A stretch of 61,551 nt of DNA from Okamejei kenojei (lineage: Eukaryota): NCBI GenBank assembly GCA_035221665.1, contig JAVHYY010000896.1, positions 62,001-123,551 of the forward strand, in the 5' to 3' direction. Positions 1 through 11,805 of the stretch are shown here, piece by piece. The notes beneath the pieces were generated by a model. It made no database searches and was not told the origin of the DNA. It saw only the letters and a list, made by a program, of their open reading frames with translations. Within the stretch, counting starts at the first letter, position 1, and each line of letters begins with the position of its first letter. The position numbers and the translations under genes are program-made.

Positions 1-3
1 GAT

Positions 4-26
4 CAAAGATCCTACAGCGATCTTTG
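4..26. mobile_element. 23-bp hAT-type micro-element (TIR CAAAGATC)
   Basis: caaagatc-ctacagc-gatctttg followed by cctgtgat. The left flank visible at 1-3 (gat) matches the end of that 8-mer, consistent with an 8-bp TSD. Confidence 0.55.
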
Positions 27-139
27 CCTGTGATCTCCCTGACGCCTTTTCCGCGGTGGGGCTGGGCCCGAGGGAGGATACTGGTGCCCTGCCCCCGTCG
101 CTGCCTGCCTGCTACAACGTGGAGCTCCATCTTCCAGGT

Positions 140-419
140 GAGCGATTCGTTTCCCAGGTTGCACGTGTCCAAACCGCCGCTCGTGTCCCGTTCCCGCCCT
201 TCCCGCTGCACGTGTCCAACCGCCCGCTCGTTCCCGCCCCTTTCCGCTGCACGTGTCCAACCGCCGCTCGTTCCCGCTCCGCCCTTCCCGTTTATTGTTT
301 TTGATTATTTTTCGTTCCCGCCCTTCTCCGTAACGACATGTTTGGCTGCCGGAACAACCGTAATATAAGTTATTTCGCCGGGACAAAATACGGCGAATCC
401 GGGACACTTGGCATCTCTG
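140..419 (-). mobile_element. End of a non-autonomous hAT-like element (TIR CAGAGATGCCAAG) with an internal ~39-bp tandem repeat
   Basis: About 330-419 is the reverse complement of the left end of the element at 48112. GC-rich tandem units lie at about 140-290. Confidence 0.7.
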
Positions 420-1178
420 CATGATGGCATTACATTGAAAACTGGTCGGTGAATCCTAGAAACACACTAATCCAGCTTTCCCACTCCAAACATTTCCCTA
501 ATGGGAATTATGAAGAAATTGGTAAAGGGGAATTGTACGCTGTAAATTCTACATATTGATAGCGGCACGAATCAGCCATGATCATATGAATGGCGGTGCT
601 GCTCGAAGGGCCGAATGGCCTCCTCCTGCACCTATTTTCTATGTTTCTATGTTTCCATGTTTCTAAATGACTTCCCCTTTATTCTAAGACCGTGGCCCCT
701 GGTTCTGGACTCGCCCAACATTGGGAACATTTTTCCTGCATCTAGCTTGTCCAGTCCTTTTATAATTTTTATCATAAAGGCCATTTATATTTTGGTTTCA
801 CCATGTAGAATTTACAGCGTACAATTCCCCTTTACCAATTTCTTCATACTTCCCATTAGGGAAAGTTTGGAGTGGGGAAGCTAGATTAGTGTGAGTTGGC
901 CCTCTCTCGAAAGGCACAGACCAGTGAATCCCACCTCCTCCATCAGATCATCACGGAGGCGCCACGACGAGCCGTGTGCCTCGAGTCGCGGCAAACCTTT
1001 GCCAGGCCAGCCCAAGAGCTGCTCTGCACAACACTGGCTGACGCTTCTTTTTTTTTTTATTTTTATTTTTTTTATTATAGAAACAAAGTAATTACAAAGT
1101 ACACTCTTATACGACGATAAAAAATATATAATATTAATGATAAATTGATACTGTTTATATTATTTGTAATATTAATAG

Positions 1179-1830
1179 AATATTGACTGGCCTTGAGGGG
1201 GATACGACATATATTGCCTGAAGTAGATTCATATTGCCCGAGTCGAAGACGAGGGCAATATGGATCTAGTGAGGGCAATATATGTCGTATCTCCCGAAAG
1301 AGGACAGTCAATATTGTTATTATTACCCATTATCAGACATCTAGAGAAAATCTGAAAATCTCATATGATATGAAAATGTATCTATACATTTTGCAATATG
1401 CATTGGCAACATTGTAAATAAGGTACTAAAACCATTCCAACATTGTAATAAGGGTACTAAAAGAATGTAACATTTATGTTTCATTTATGTAATTTATGTA
1501 ATTCATTTATGTGACAATGTGAAGGTCGAACTTTTAAATCGCGAACCTCTTCTCGCAACCGGCTGCCATTTTTTTTTTTTTTAATGATAAATTTTAAATT
1601 TCGCACGCAGCGTCACGTTGCCGTCACGCAGCGTCACGTTGCCAAGTTCCCGGATGTGAGACCAGGGGAATATAAGACTATATTCCCCGCTGTTTAAACA
1701 GGTAAAGTCCATAGGCGTTGGCTAGACAGGGGAATATAAGAAAATATTCCCCTGTTAGCGCTGCTGGCAGTAAAAAGGAAGGGAATATAATTTCGTAAAA
1801 GCATACCTCAGATGGATGATATGGGTAATA
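1179..1830. mobile_element. Palindromic AT-rich non-autonomous DNA element (hairpin 1179-1316; inverted ends tattacccat/atgggtaata)
   Basis: Long imperfect hairpin aatattgactg...cgaag...cagtcaatatt. A further inverted repeat links about 1321 and 1830. Confidence 0.5.
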
Positions 1831-2099
1831 TCAATTATACATATCAAGGTTATTTATTTTGTATAATTGGGAGTGTGTATAGTACATTCCTAATATTAGC
1901 AATATACTCATACTACAATAAGTCATAATATCCATATTTCCTCTGATTTCCAAATACAAGTCCCCCATGTTATAATTGTATAATACACAATATTAACCAA
2001 TACTTCTATAATATTCATTATAATTTTCATAATAATAAGAGTGTATTATAATATTATTGACTTTTATATTTCTTAATTTATTAATATAGATTGAAACTA

Positions 2100-2842
2100 C
2101 ACAATTTTATGTAATTAAAAATACAAGACATTAATAATATTTTTTCATACAACTAATGATATCTATATTCGCACTAATATTAAGAATTTATTATAATGTG
2201 TTTCTATACTTTTTTCTAATTAAAGGATAAGAAAAATAAAAATAGAAAATAGAAAAGAGAGTGTTGAAAGTTTGATGGAGATGGAATGTGATTTACTCAT
2301 TAATCCATCCTTGAAGATATATTCATGATTTATTATATATGTTTCTTCATCCATTCAGATATTCAGTCAGGCCTCAGTTCAAGTCTTCGCGCATCCGAAC
2401 AACCGCCGACCGAACCATTATACCCTGTAAATATGTTAATATATGGAGACCAAATCCCTCTGAGAGATCTAACTATCCTAAGGACAAGCCTCAATCTCTC
2501 CAAGTGAAGAGTCTCACCCGACATTTCTGTATTTCACATTTTAATTGTTGGGGATGCAGGTGCCTTTCCAAAATTTTAGTATTAATTTTTTCCCAATTAT
2601 TAGACAATAGTCGATAAAAATTCTTTGGTTCATTGTAATTAGTTGGTCCGTTTCAAGTATTCCAAGTATTATTAACTTTGGATCAGAAATCATAGTAATA
2701 TTAATAACATTCGAAATTATCTTAAATATTTCGTTCCAATATTCTACAATCTTTATACAATTAGTGAATGAATGTGACAAATTTGCTTCTGAGATTTGAC
2801 ATTTATCACATATAGGCGATAATTTTGGAAATATACGCTTCT
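2100..2842 (-). mobile_element. L1-clade LINE 3' fragment (ORF2 C-terminal CCHC region)
   Basis: Minus-strand translation KRIFPKLSPICDKCQISEANLSHSFTNCIKIVEYWNEIF...IILG...KKLILKFWK, followed by an AT-rich 3' UTR. Confidence 0.75.
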
Positions 2843-3230
2843 AAGGCCACCTGAGTCAGGACAAGATGGAGAGACCAGTGGAAGTCAGCGGAACCATCTA
2901 GGCGACACCCAGTACATCAATGACCCCATGGACGTCCCTGGCCAGGACCTGCCCCGAAAGCAGTGGACAACCCTCAACCGCTTTGAGGACATGCCGTCGG
3001 AAGCTATGGCTGTAGCAGATGAAGGGGGTGGGGGAGCCTGTGGACCAGCGTAGCGCCTCCTCTGCGAGTGTGGGGGGACCCAACACAGACAGTGGAGCAC
3101 ACAGTCACCAGTTGCCCCAAACACCGGCCACCAAATGGTGAACGAGGTCTGATTGACCTGGACGATGACACGTTGGCCTGGCTCGCCTCAACGGAGCTGC
3201 AGGTCTCAAAGACACACGACAGAAGAAGAA
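2843..3230 (+). mobile_element. RTE-X/RTE-like LINE 3' fragment
   Basis: PGQDLPRKQWTTLNRF...CEC...QTVEHTVTSCP zinc-knuckle-like segment, ending in an (AGA)n tail. Confidence 0.6.
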
Positions 3231-3439
3231 TGTTTTATGTGTCATTCCTAACTGTCACTGTGTGTCATGTTGTCACTTGCGGGCGGAGCACCAAGGCAAA
3301 TTCCTTGTATGTGAATACTTGGCCAAATAAACGTATTCATTCAGTAGACAAAATTGCTGGAGACACTCAGCGGGTCTAAACTCTAAAGTCTTCAGACTGA
3401 AGAGCTACATTGGCTGCAACATAGCTCCAGGTCGTGATC

Positions 3440-3860
3440 GATCCCTGGGATGGCGGGACTGTCATATGAGGAGAGATTGAAAAGTCTAGGCTTTTAGAAG
3501 GATGAGGGGGGATCGTATAGAAACAAATAAAATTATAAATGGACTGACAAGTTATTTTCTAAACCATGCAAGGAAAAAATGTTCCCAATGTTGGGTGAGT
3601 CCAGAACCAGGGGCCACAGTCTAAGAATAAAGAGGAGGTCATTTAAGACTGTGGTGAGAAAAAACGTTTTCACCCAGAGAATTGTGAATTTATGGAATTC
3701 CCTGCCACAGAGGGCAGTGGAGGCCAAGTCACTGGATGGATTTAAGAGAGAGTTAGATAGAGTCTCTAGGGGCAAGTGGAGTCAAGGGATATGGGGAGAA
3801 GGCAGGCACGGGTTATTGATAGGGGACAATCAGCCATGATCACAATGAATGGCGGTGCCG
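3440..3860 (+). mobile_element. CR1/HER1 LINE 3' fragment
   Basis: SRTRGHSLRI...FTQRIVNLWNSLPQ, the CR1 ORF2 C-terminus, plus tail. Confidence 0.85.
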
Positions 3861-3869
3861 GTTCAGTTT

Positions 3870-4310
3870 GTGTAAATTGAACTGCCCAGTCCATCATCAG
3901 CTCTGACCTCCCTTCCATCGAGGGGATCTATCGCAGTCGCTGCCTCAAAAAGGCTGGCAGCATCATCAAAGACCCACACACCATCCTGGCCGCTCACTCA
4001 TCTCCCCGCCACCTTCCGGTAGAAGGTACAGGACCCTGAAGACTGCAACGACCAGGTTCAGGAATAGCTACTTCCCCACAGCCATCAGGCTATTAAACCT
4101 GGCTCGGACAAAACTCTGAACATTAATAACCCATTATCTGTTATTTGCACTTTATCAGTTTATTTATTCATGTGTGTATATATTATATAATGGTATATGG
4201 ACACACTGATCTGTTCTGTAGTCAATGCCTACTGTGTTCTGTTGTGCTGAAGCAAAGTAAGAATTTCATTGTCCTATCAGGGACACACGACAATAAACCC
4301 TCTTGAACTT
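3870..4310 (+). mobile_element. Rex/Babar-like LINE 3' fragment
   Basis: RCLKKAGSIIKDP...SGRRYRTL...RFRNSYFPTAIRLLN. Related copies at 27720-28125 (+) and 37255-37830 (-). Confidence 0.7.
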
Positions 4311-5469
4311 GAACATTCCTTCTCTCCAGAGATGCTGCCTGTCCCGCTGAGTTACTCCAGCTTTTTTTGTGTCTGAGATTGTCTTGGTTCTTGGTTACTT
4401 GGTCCTCCAAAATATTCCAACTGGAATTTAAACTGGAGGTGGTGAAGGGAGGGGTTCAGCCAGAGAGGGTTATTGGGAAGAAAGTGCCACTTTACATTTA
4501 GTTGCATCTGGCTGGGCAACCGTGGTTTGGTGGAGATTATTCCATGCTTTAATAATGCGTGGGAAGAACGAACTGTTGTACGCATCTGTCTTTGTGGCTT
4601 GGACCACAATTTGGATCGAATGCCCTCGTCTGTGCCTAATTGGTTTGGGGTTGGTGTAGGTCTTGTGATCTACGTCTAGCTGACCATTTAACATTTTGTA
4701 AAAACAGGTCAAACACGTCTGTCTTGGAGAGGGTTCCACCCCAGAGAATTCAGAAGTTTGGTGACACTCGCTTCTCTCTCGTAGGTGTTAGTAAAAAAAT
4801 CGAGCGGCCTGTCTTTGGACACGTTCGACGGATGAAATCTGTGAATGGGTCCCAAGCCGCAACAGCGTAGTCCAATCTGCGTGGTCTTCAGATTGTCTTT
4901 CAGCTGATTAGATAGCGCGCAACAAAAAAAAGCTTTTCACTATACCTCGGTAGTGGTGTAGTGAAAAGCTTTTTTCACTACAGTAAAGCTAAACTGGAGA
5001 AAAGGAATAGGAGACCCTTCTTCAGATTGAAGATCTAAAGTCTTAAAGAATGGAAAATCGAGGGTACACAAAATACTGGAGAAACTCAGCGAAGGAGATA
5101 GGCAACGTTTCGCGGCCGAAAACCCTTCTTCAGACTGATGGGGGGGGTGGAGGAGGGGGGTTAAGAAAGGAAAAAGGAGGAGGAGCCCGAGGGCTGAGGG
5201 AGAGGTAGGAAGGGGAGGAGACAATAAGGGTTAACAAAACTTGAGAAAATTCGATGACAAGAGTAATCAGAAATGCAAGGGTTAACAGAAATACAAGATC
5301 CCAAGGGTTAAACATAATTGAGAGATTTCTGTTAATCCTTGTTGTCTCCCCTCGCCTTCCTACCTCTCCCTCCAGCCATCCTTCTTTTTTCTCTTTCTTC
5401 GCTCCATAGATGCCTGCTGCACCGCTGAGTTTCATCCAGCATTTTGTTTTGGCACCCCCCTGAAGTCTG

Positions 5470-6100
5470 TTGGGGAGGTCCAGAACAAGGGGTCACAATA
5501 CAGTTTAAGGATAAGGGGAAGTCTTTTAGGAACCGAGATGAGAAAATCATTTTTCACACAGAGAGTGGTGAGTCTGTGGAATTCCCTGTCATAGAAGGTA
5601 GTTGAGGCCAGTTAATTGGCTATATTTTTTTTTTTTTGTTAAGAGGGAGTTAGATGTGGCCCTTGTGGCTTAAGGGATCAGGGGGTATGGAGAGAAGGCA
5701 GGTACAGGATACTGAGTTGGATGATCAGCCATGATCGTATTGAATGGCGGTGCAAAGGTTCGAAGGGCCGAATGGCCTGCTCCTGCACCTATTTTCTATG
5801 TTTCTAAGGGAGAATTGGATAGAGCTCAAGGGGCTAGTGGAGCCAAGGGATATGGAGAGAAGGCAGGTACGGGATACTGAGTTGGATGGTCAGCCATGAT
5901 CATATTGAATGGCGGTGCAGGCTCGAAGGGCCGAATGGCCCACTCCTGCACCTATTGTCTATGTTTCTATGTTTCTAAGAGAGAGTTGGTTAGAGCTCTA
6001 GGGGCTAGTGAAGCCAAGGGCTATGGAGAGAAGGCAGGTACAGGATACTGAGCTGGATGATCAGCCATGATCATATTGAATGGCGGTGCAGGCTCGAAGT
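5470..6100 (+). mobile_element. CR1/HER1 3' end with triplicated tail
   Basis: Three consecutive copies of the ggatatggagagaaggcagg...gaatggcggtgcagg tail. Confidence 0.8.
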
Positions 6101-6274
6101 CAAATATGGCAGCCATAGTAAATGTTTACCTGCAGTTCATGGCGTGTACTCCAGTTGGCGTTGCATAACAACAATATGGTTCACGGGTCGTTACCTCGAT
6201 AGCGTGCAACCTCCTTATATTTTGAATAATTACACTCAGGCAACATCACATTTAATCCAGTCTTTTAATAGTGG

Positions 6275-6890
6275 CATGCATTGCACTTGTCCGTACTGAC
6301 CAAGATGTCCCACCTACCCATATCCCTCTGGGGAGTGGTGGAATCTTGCTTTGGGGAACGGGTTGCGTTGGGGGAATGGGTGAGTGGTGGAATATTGCGT
6401 TGGTGGGTAACGGGGTTGCATTGGGGGTCCAAGCCTCCGTGCGAGGGTGGGGGGGGCTATCGTTTGAGAATATTGCGTTGGGGGAAGGGTGCGTGGGGGG
6501 ACCAGATCTCCCGTCTGACAGGACCCAATGGGTCCCACTTGGTCTAGTATCCCTCTAAACCTTTCCTATCCATGTACGTCTAAATGTATTTTTAATGTTG
6601 CTATAGCCCATTCTATAACCCATTGCACTTGTCCATGCTGACCAAGATGTCCCATCTATGCTTGTCCCACCTACCCATATCCCTCTGGGGAAGGCAGGGG
6701 AGTGGTGGAATCTTACGTTGGGGAACGGGTTGCGTTGGGGGGGGAATGGGTGAGTGGTGGAATATTGAGTTGGGGGACCAGGTCTCCTATCTGACAGGAC
6801 CCAACGGGTCCCACTTGGTCTAGCATTCCTCTAAACCTTTCCTATCCATGTACCGGTCTAAATGTATTTTTAATATTGTTGTAGTCCCTG
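6275..6890 (+). repeat. Local tandem duplication (about 6275-6600 and 6620-6890)
   Basis: cattgcacttgtcc..ctgaccaagatgtccca...ggtcccacttggtctag..ctctaaacctttcctatccatgtac occurs twice. Confidence 0.75.
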
Positions 6891-7039
6891 CCCCCCCCCC
6901 CCTTTTATTTTTTATAAAACCTCTCCTCTGGCAGCTGGTTCCATGCACCCACCACCCTCTGTGTGGAATAAAGTGCCCCTCAGGTTCGTATCATATCTTG
7001 CCTTTCTCACTTTAAACCTGTCCTCATGTTTTTGGCAAT

Positions 7040-10000
7040 GAGGGGGGCTGAGAGGGAGAGAGGGGGAGAGGGAAGGATAGTGAGCAGATGGAGGTTGGGA
7101 GTGGAGGGAGTGAGAGAAAGAGAGGGGACGGAGGGAGGGTGAGAATTGAGGATGGACAGGAGGGTGGAGGTGGTGGGTAGGTAATGATGGGAGGGAGATG
7201 TGAGTGAGGTGGAGGAGGATGAGAGGGCAGGGAGAGTGAGGGGTGAAGGGATGTGGAGGGTTTAGAGGATAAGAGGGGAAGGGGAAGGAGGGTGAGAGGG
7301 GAAGCAGAGTTAGAGAGAGGGGCAAAGTGCGAGGATGAGAAGGGTAGGTATGATGATGGACGAGGTTTGGAGGTAGCGAGAGAAAGAGGGAGAGGAGGGG
7401 AGGGGATGGTGGGTGTTGAAAGGGGAGAGTGGGGATAGACAACGAGGGTGGGAGGGAAGGAGGATGAGAGGATGGAGAGGAGAGTGAGGGAGAGAGGAGA
7501 GTGGAGTTGTGGGTAGGAGGCGGAAGGGAGATGGAGGAGGGTGTGTGGAGAAAGGGGTATTGGGTGGAGGATTGAGATTGGGAGGGGAAGGAGAGATGGA
7601 GGATGAGAGGAGAGGGGTGGACGTGTGTGTGGGGAGTGAGGGGAGGAGGAAGGGTGATTGGAGAAGGATGAGGGAAGGAGAGGTGTGGAAAGGGTAGCGG
7701 GGGAAGGAGGGTGAGAGTAGAGGGATTGAGGTGAGGGGACGGAGGGGGGGGGGAGTGAGGGTTGAGGGAATAAATGGAGGGTGAGAAAGGAAGGTAGGTG
7801 AGAAGGGAAGGGGAAGGAGAGAATAGGTGGTGAGAGGGGTAGTGGAAATAGGAGGGAGAGTGTGAGGGGTATGGGAGAGGGAGAGGGGGGAATAAGGAAG
7901 GAGTGAGAGGATGAGGATGGTATTGATGGATGAGGAGAGGGTGAGGGTGAAAGGAGATTGGGATTGGAGGCTGAGTAGGGGGAAGTATTTCCCGTCAAAA
8001 CTCCCGCCTCATGGAAAGCGATCGTCGTCGTAGGACCTCCTCACTCACTCCTTTCGCTATTCCCTCCCTCACTCACACCTCCGCTCCTCACTCCCTCACT
8101 CCAATCCCTCACTCACTCACTTCCCCTCCCGTCACTTCCCTCACTCCCTCCCTCCTCCTTCATCACTCCCTCACTCACTCATTCACTCCCTCACTCACTC
8201 CCCTCACTCTCTCCCTCCCTCACTTGCCTGAACATATCACTCCCTCACTCAGTACTCTTCTAACCTTAACCCTCACTCACTCACTTCCCCCCCTCCTCTT
8301 CATTCACTACCACACTCCCCTCCACCCTCACGTCTCTCCCTTCCTCATTCACTCCCTCACTCACTGACTCTCTCCCTCCCATCCCTCACTCATTCCCTCA
8401 GACTCATTCACCTCCCTCACTCACACCCTCCCTCCCTCCCTCATTCACTCCCCACTCACTCCCTCCCTCCACTCATTTTCACGTCCCTCACTCACTCCTC
8501 ACTCTCTCCCTACCTCACTCACATCATTCACTCCTCACTCACGCACCTCTCCTCCCTCCTCACTCCATTCCCTCACTCACTCATTCACATCCCTCACTCC
8601 CCTTCCTTCCTTCATTCACATCCTCACCCCCTCCCACACTCTCTCCCTCCCTCCATTCACATCCCTCACTCACTGACTCTCTCCTCCTCCCTCACTCATT
8701 CACCGTCCCTCACTCACTCCTCCCCTCACACTCACTTCCCCACTTTCTCACTCACCCATACACCCTCCCACTCACAATGACCCCATCCCTCACGTCACAC
8801 ACTACTCACAATCCTTTCCCTCACATATCCATCCCCTCACTCACCCACTCCCTTACTCACATCCCCTCACTCACACCCTCACTCCTCCATCACTTCACTC
8901 CCTCACACTCACTTCCTTTCCCTCACTCCCTCCCTCACTCACACCACACCCTTACTCACTCCCCCTCACTCACACCCTCACTCACTCCCGTCACACTCAC
9001 TCCCTCACCATCGCACACAAACCCCATTCACTCCCCTCACTCACATCCTTCCCTCCCTCCCCTACCCTCCCTCCCTCCTTACTCACTCTCTCCCTCACTC
9101 ACTCACTTCCCTCCCTCACTCCCTCCCTCACTCACTCTCTCCCTCACTCTCTCCCTCCCTCACTCACTCGCCTCCCCTCCACTCACTCCCTCCCCTCACT
9201 CACCTCCCTCCCTCACTCCCCTCACGCACTCCCTCCCTCACTCTCTCCCGTCCCTCTCTCCACATCACTATCATGTCACAATCCCTCACTCAACTCCCTT
9301 CATTCCACATATCCCTCACTTCAGGCCATACTCACTCTCTCCCGTCACTCACTCCCATCCCTCCCTCACTCACCCCTTCCCTCACTCCCTCCCTCACTCT
9401 CCCTCACTCTCTTCCTCTCCTCCTCCCCCTCCCCTCCCTCACCTCACTCCTCCCTCCCTCACTCACTCCCTCACTCCACTCTCTCCCTCACTCTCTCCTC
9501 ACTCACTGAAACCCTCTCTCCCTCACTCACAATTTCATATTCAACATAGTTCCCTCACTCACCTCCCTCCCTCACTCCCTCAATCACTTCAATCAAAGCT
9601 CCCATCCCTTCCCTCCCTCACACTCTCCCTCCCTCACGTCCCTCACTTCTCTCCTCCCTCCCACCCTCACTCACTCTCCTCCCTCCCTCACTCACTCAAT
9701 CACTCCCTCTCCTCCCTCACTCACTCCCTCCCTCACCTCATCCTCACATATTCCCTCACTCCCTCCCTCACTCACTCACATCTCACTCCTCCCTCACATC
9801 ACTCACTCCCTCACTCTAACACTCCCCTCACTAATCCCTCCCTCAACTCTCTTCCCTCCCGCCTCACTCACTCCCTCCCTCCTCACTTCACTCTCTCCCA
9901 TCACTCCACTCACTCCCTAAAACTACCCTCCCTCTATCCCATCCCTTCACCATCCCTCCCTCACTCACTTCCCTCACTCACTACTCACTCACATCACACA

Positions 10001-10880
10001 CTCCCTCCCCCCTCACGCACGTCCCTCGCTCCTTCTCCCCTCCCTCCCCTCACTCCACTGCACATCACTCCCTCCCTCCCCTCCCTCACTCCCACCCTCC
10101 CTCCCCTCCCTCACTCCCTCCCATCCCTCCTTCCCTCACTCACCACTCCCGCCCTCACTCCCTCCCTCACTCCTCTCTCCCGGTCCCTCCCTCACTCACT
10201 CACTCTCTCCCTCACCTCTCACTCACTCTCCATCACTCACATCACTCACTCACTCCCCTCCCTCACTCCCTCCCTCACAAGCCCTCGACTCACTCTCATC
10301 CCTCACTCACTCACTCACTCACTCACTCACCATCATCCCTCCCTCGCCTTCCATTTCCCCTTCCTCCCTCCCTCCCTCCCTCCCTCACATCCCCTCCCCC
10401 CTCACTCACATCCCTCCCCCCCGGCGGGTTTAAAAAGAATGAGAAGTGAAACGGAGAGCGGAGCTGGAGGCGGGGACGATTGGTGTGCGACACTTCTCCC
10501 TCCCTCCCTCCCTCCCTCACTCCCTCCCTTCTCCCTCCCTCCTCCCTCACGTTCACTCACTTTCCCCTTCCCTCCACATTCCCTCCCTCACTCCTCTCAT
10601 CCCTCCCTCCCTCCCCACTCCACTCATCTCCCTCCACATCACTCACATCTCTCAACTCACATTCACTCACTCACTCCTCCCTCACTCCCTCCCTCACTCC
10701 CCTCACTCACAACTCATATCCCTCCACTACACTCACTCACTTCTCTCCGTCACTCACATCCCCTCCCTCCCCTCCTCACTATCACTACGCCCTCCCGCCC
10801 GGGCGGTTTAAAAAAATGAGAAGTGAAACGGGAGAGCGGAGCTGGAGTCGGGACTGATGTGGCGACACTTCTCCCTCCCT
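7040..10880. repeat. Large low-complexity purine tract (7040-7980) followed by a degenerate (CCCTCACT)n pyrimidine tract (8035-10880)
   Basis: Strand-asymmetric GA-rich then CT/CA-rich sequence. It generates spurious P/S/L/H/T ORFs. Confidence 0.9.
10420..10880 (+). promoter_or_regulatory. Two copies of a ~80-bp unique cassette with ISRE-like AGAAGTGAAAC (10442-10452, 10819-10829) and, in the first copy, a GC box + Y-box-like GATTGG (10478-10483)
   Basis: The reverse complement GTTTCACTTCT matches the MHC class I ISRE core (AGTTTCACTTCT). The sites lie 230-620 bp upstream of the putative leader ATG. Confidence 0.35.
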
Positions 10881-11060
10881 CACGTCCGACTCGCATTCAT
10901 CGCCGGAGCCGCCAATGTTGCACACGGTCCCCCCTCGTCGATCCTCCTCCCCCTCTTCCTCCTCTTCCTACCACCCATCTCCCCCTCCTGTTGCATTGCT
11001 CCAGCCCGGCCGCAGCTCGGCTCCAGGTCAGGTTAAAAGCCTTTAAAGTACCGTCGTATT

Positions 11061-11093
11061 ATGGTTTTGCTGCTTCTGTGGGATGTGTGCTGC
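11061..11093 (+). CDS. Putative leader (signal peptide) exon start of the MHC W-category alpha-like gene, truncated by an assembly gap
   Basis: ATG at 11061 gives MVLLLLWDVCC, which is hydrophobic, and then runs into the N gap 11094-11264. It lies about 750 bp upstream of the phase-1 alpha1 exon. The donor site is not visible. Confidence 0.45.
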
Positions 11094-11264
11094 NNNNNNN
11101 NNNNNNNNNNNNNNNNNNNNNNNNNNNNNNNNNNNNNNNNNNNNNNNNNNNNNNNNNNNNNNNNNNNNNNNNNNNNNNNNNNNNNNNNNNNNNNNNNNNN
11201 NNNNNNNNNNNNNNNNNNNNNNNNNNNNNNNNNNNNNNNNNNNNNNNNNNNNNNNNNNNNNNNN
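11094..11264. other. Assembly gap (N), flanked by degenerate (TG/TA)n to about 11690
   Basis: Run of N. Confidence 0.99.
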
Positions 11265-11805
11265 ATATATGTGTGTGTGTGAGATATATGTGTGTGTGTA
11301 TTGTGTGTGGGTGTAATATATGTGTGTGGTGATATGTGTGTACATATATGTTGGTTTTTTGATATATATGTGTTGTGTATGTTTATATATTGTGTGTGTG
11401 TGTGTAAATATATGTGTGTGTATATGTGGTGTTGTGTATTGTTTGTGTATCTATGTGGTGTGCGTATATATGTACTCTGGTTGGTGTTTAATGCGTGTGC
11501 GCGAGTGTAGGTGTATTTGTGTTGCTATATATGTACGTGTGCGTGTGTGCGTTGTGCGTGTGTGTATAGGTGTGCGTTGTGTGTGTATATTGTACGATGG
11601 TGGTGCGTGTGTTGTGTAATGTACGTGTGTGCGTGTGTGTGTGTGTGTATATATGGTTATTAGTGTAAACGTGCCAAGCCCGTGCGCTTGGTCTCGCCAA
11701 TGTAGAAGAAATCTCTGAGAGAAGGAATGGGTGACCGTTTTCGGTCGAGAAACCCTTCACAATGCCTTTTATTCTCCTGATGTTCTCTCCGCCTTCCCCT
11801 TTCAG

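Noticed and set aside
6110-6270. Possible minus-strand exon ending cag|gtaaac (candidate WB piece)
   Set aside because: All frames hit stops within about 40 codons, there is no good acceptor, and no MHC beta motifs are present.
8777-10819. 680-aa ORF (and overlapping 324-aa and 176-aa ORFs at 6912-7998)
   Set aside because: Translation of a CT/CA low-complexity tract that lacks stop codons by composition. No domain, dominated by P/S/L/H/T.
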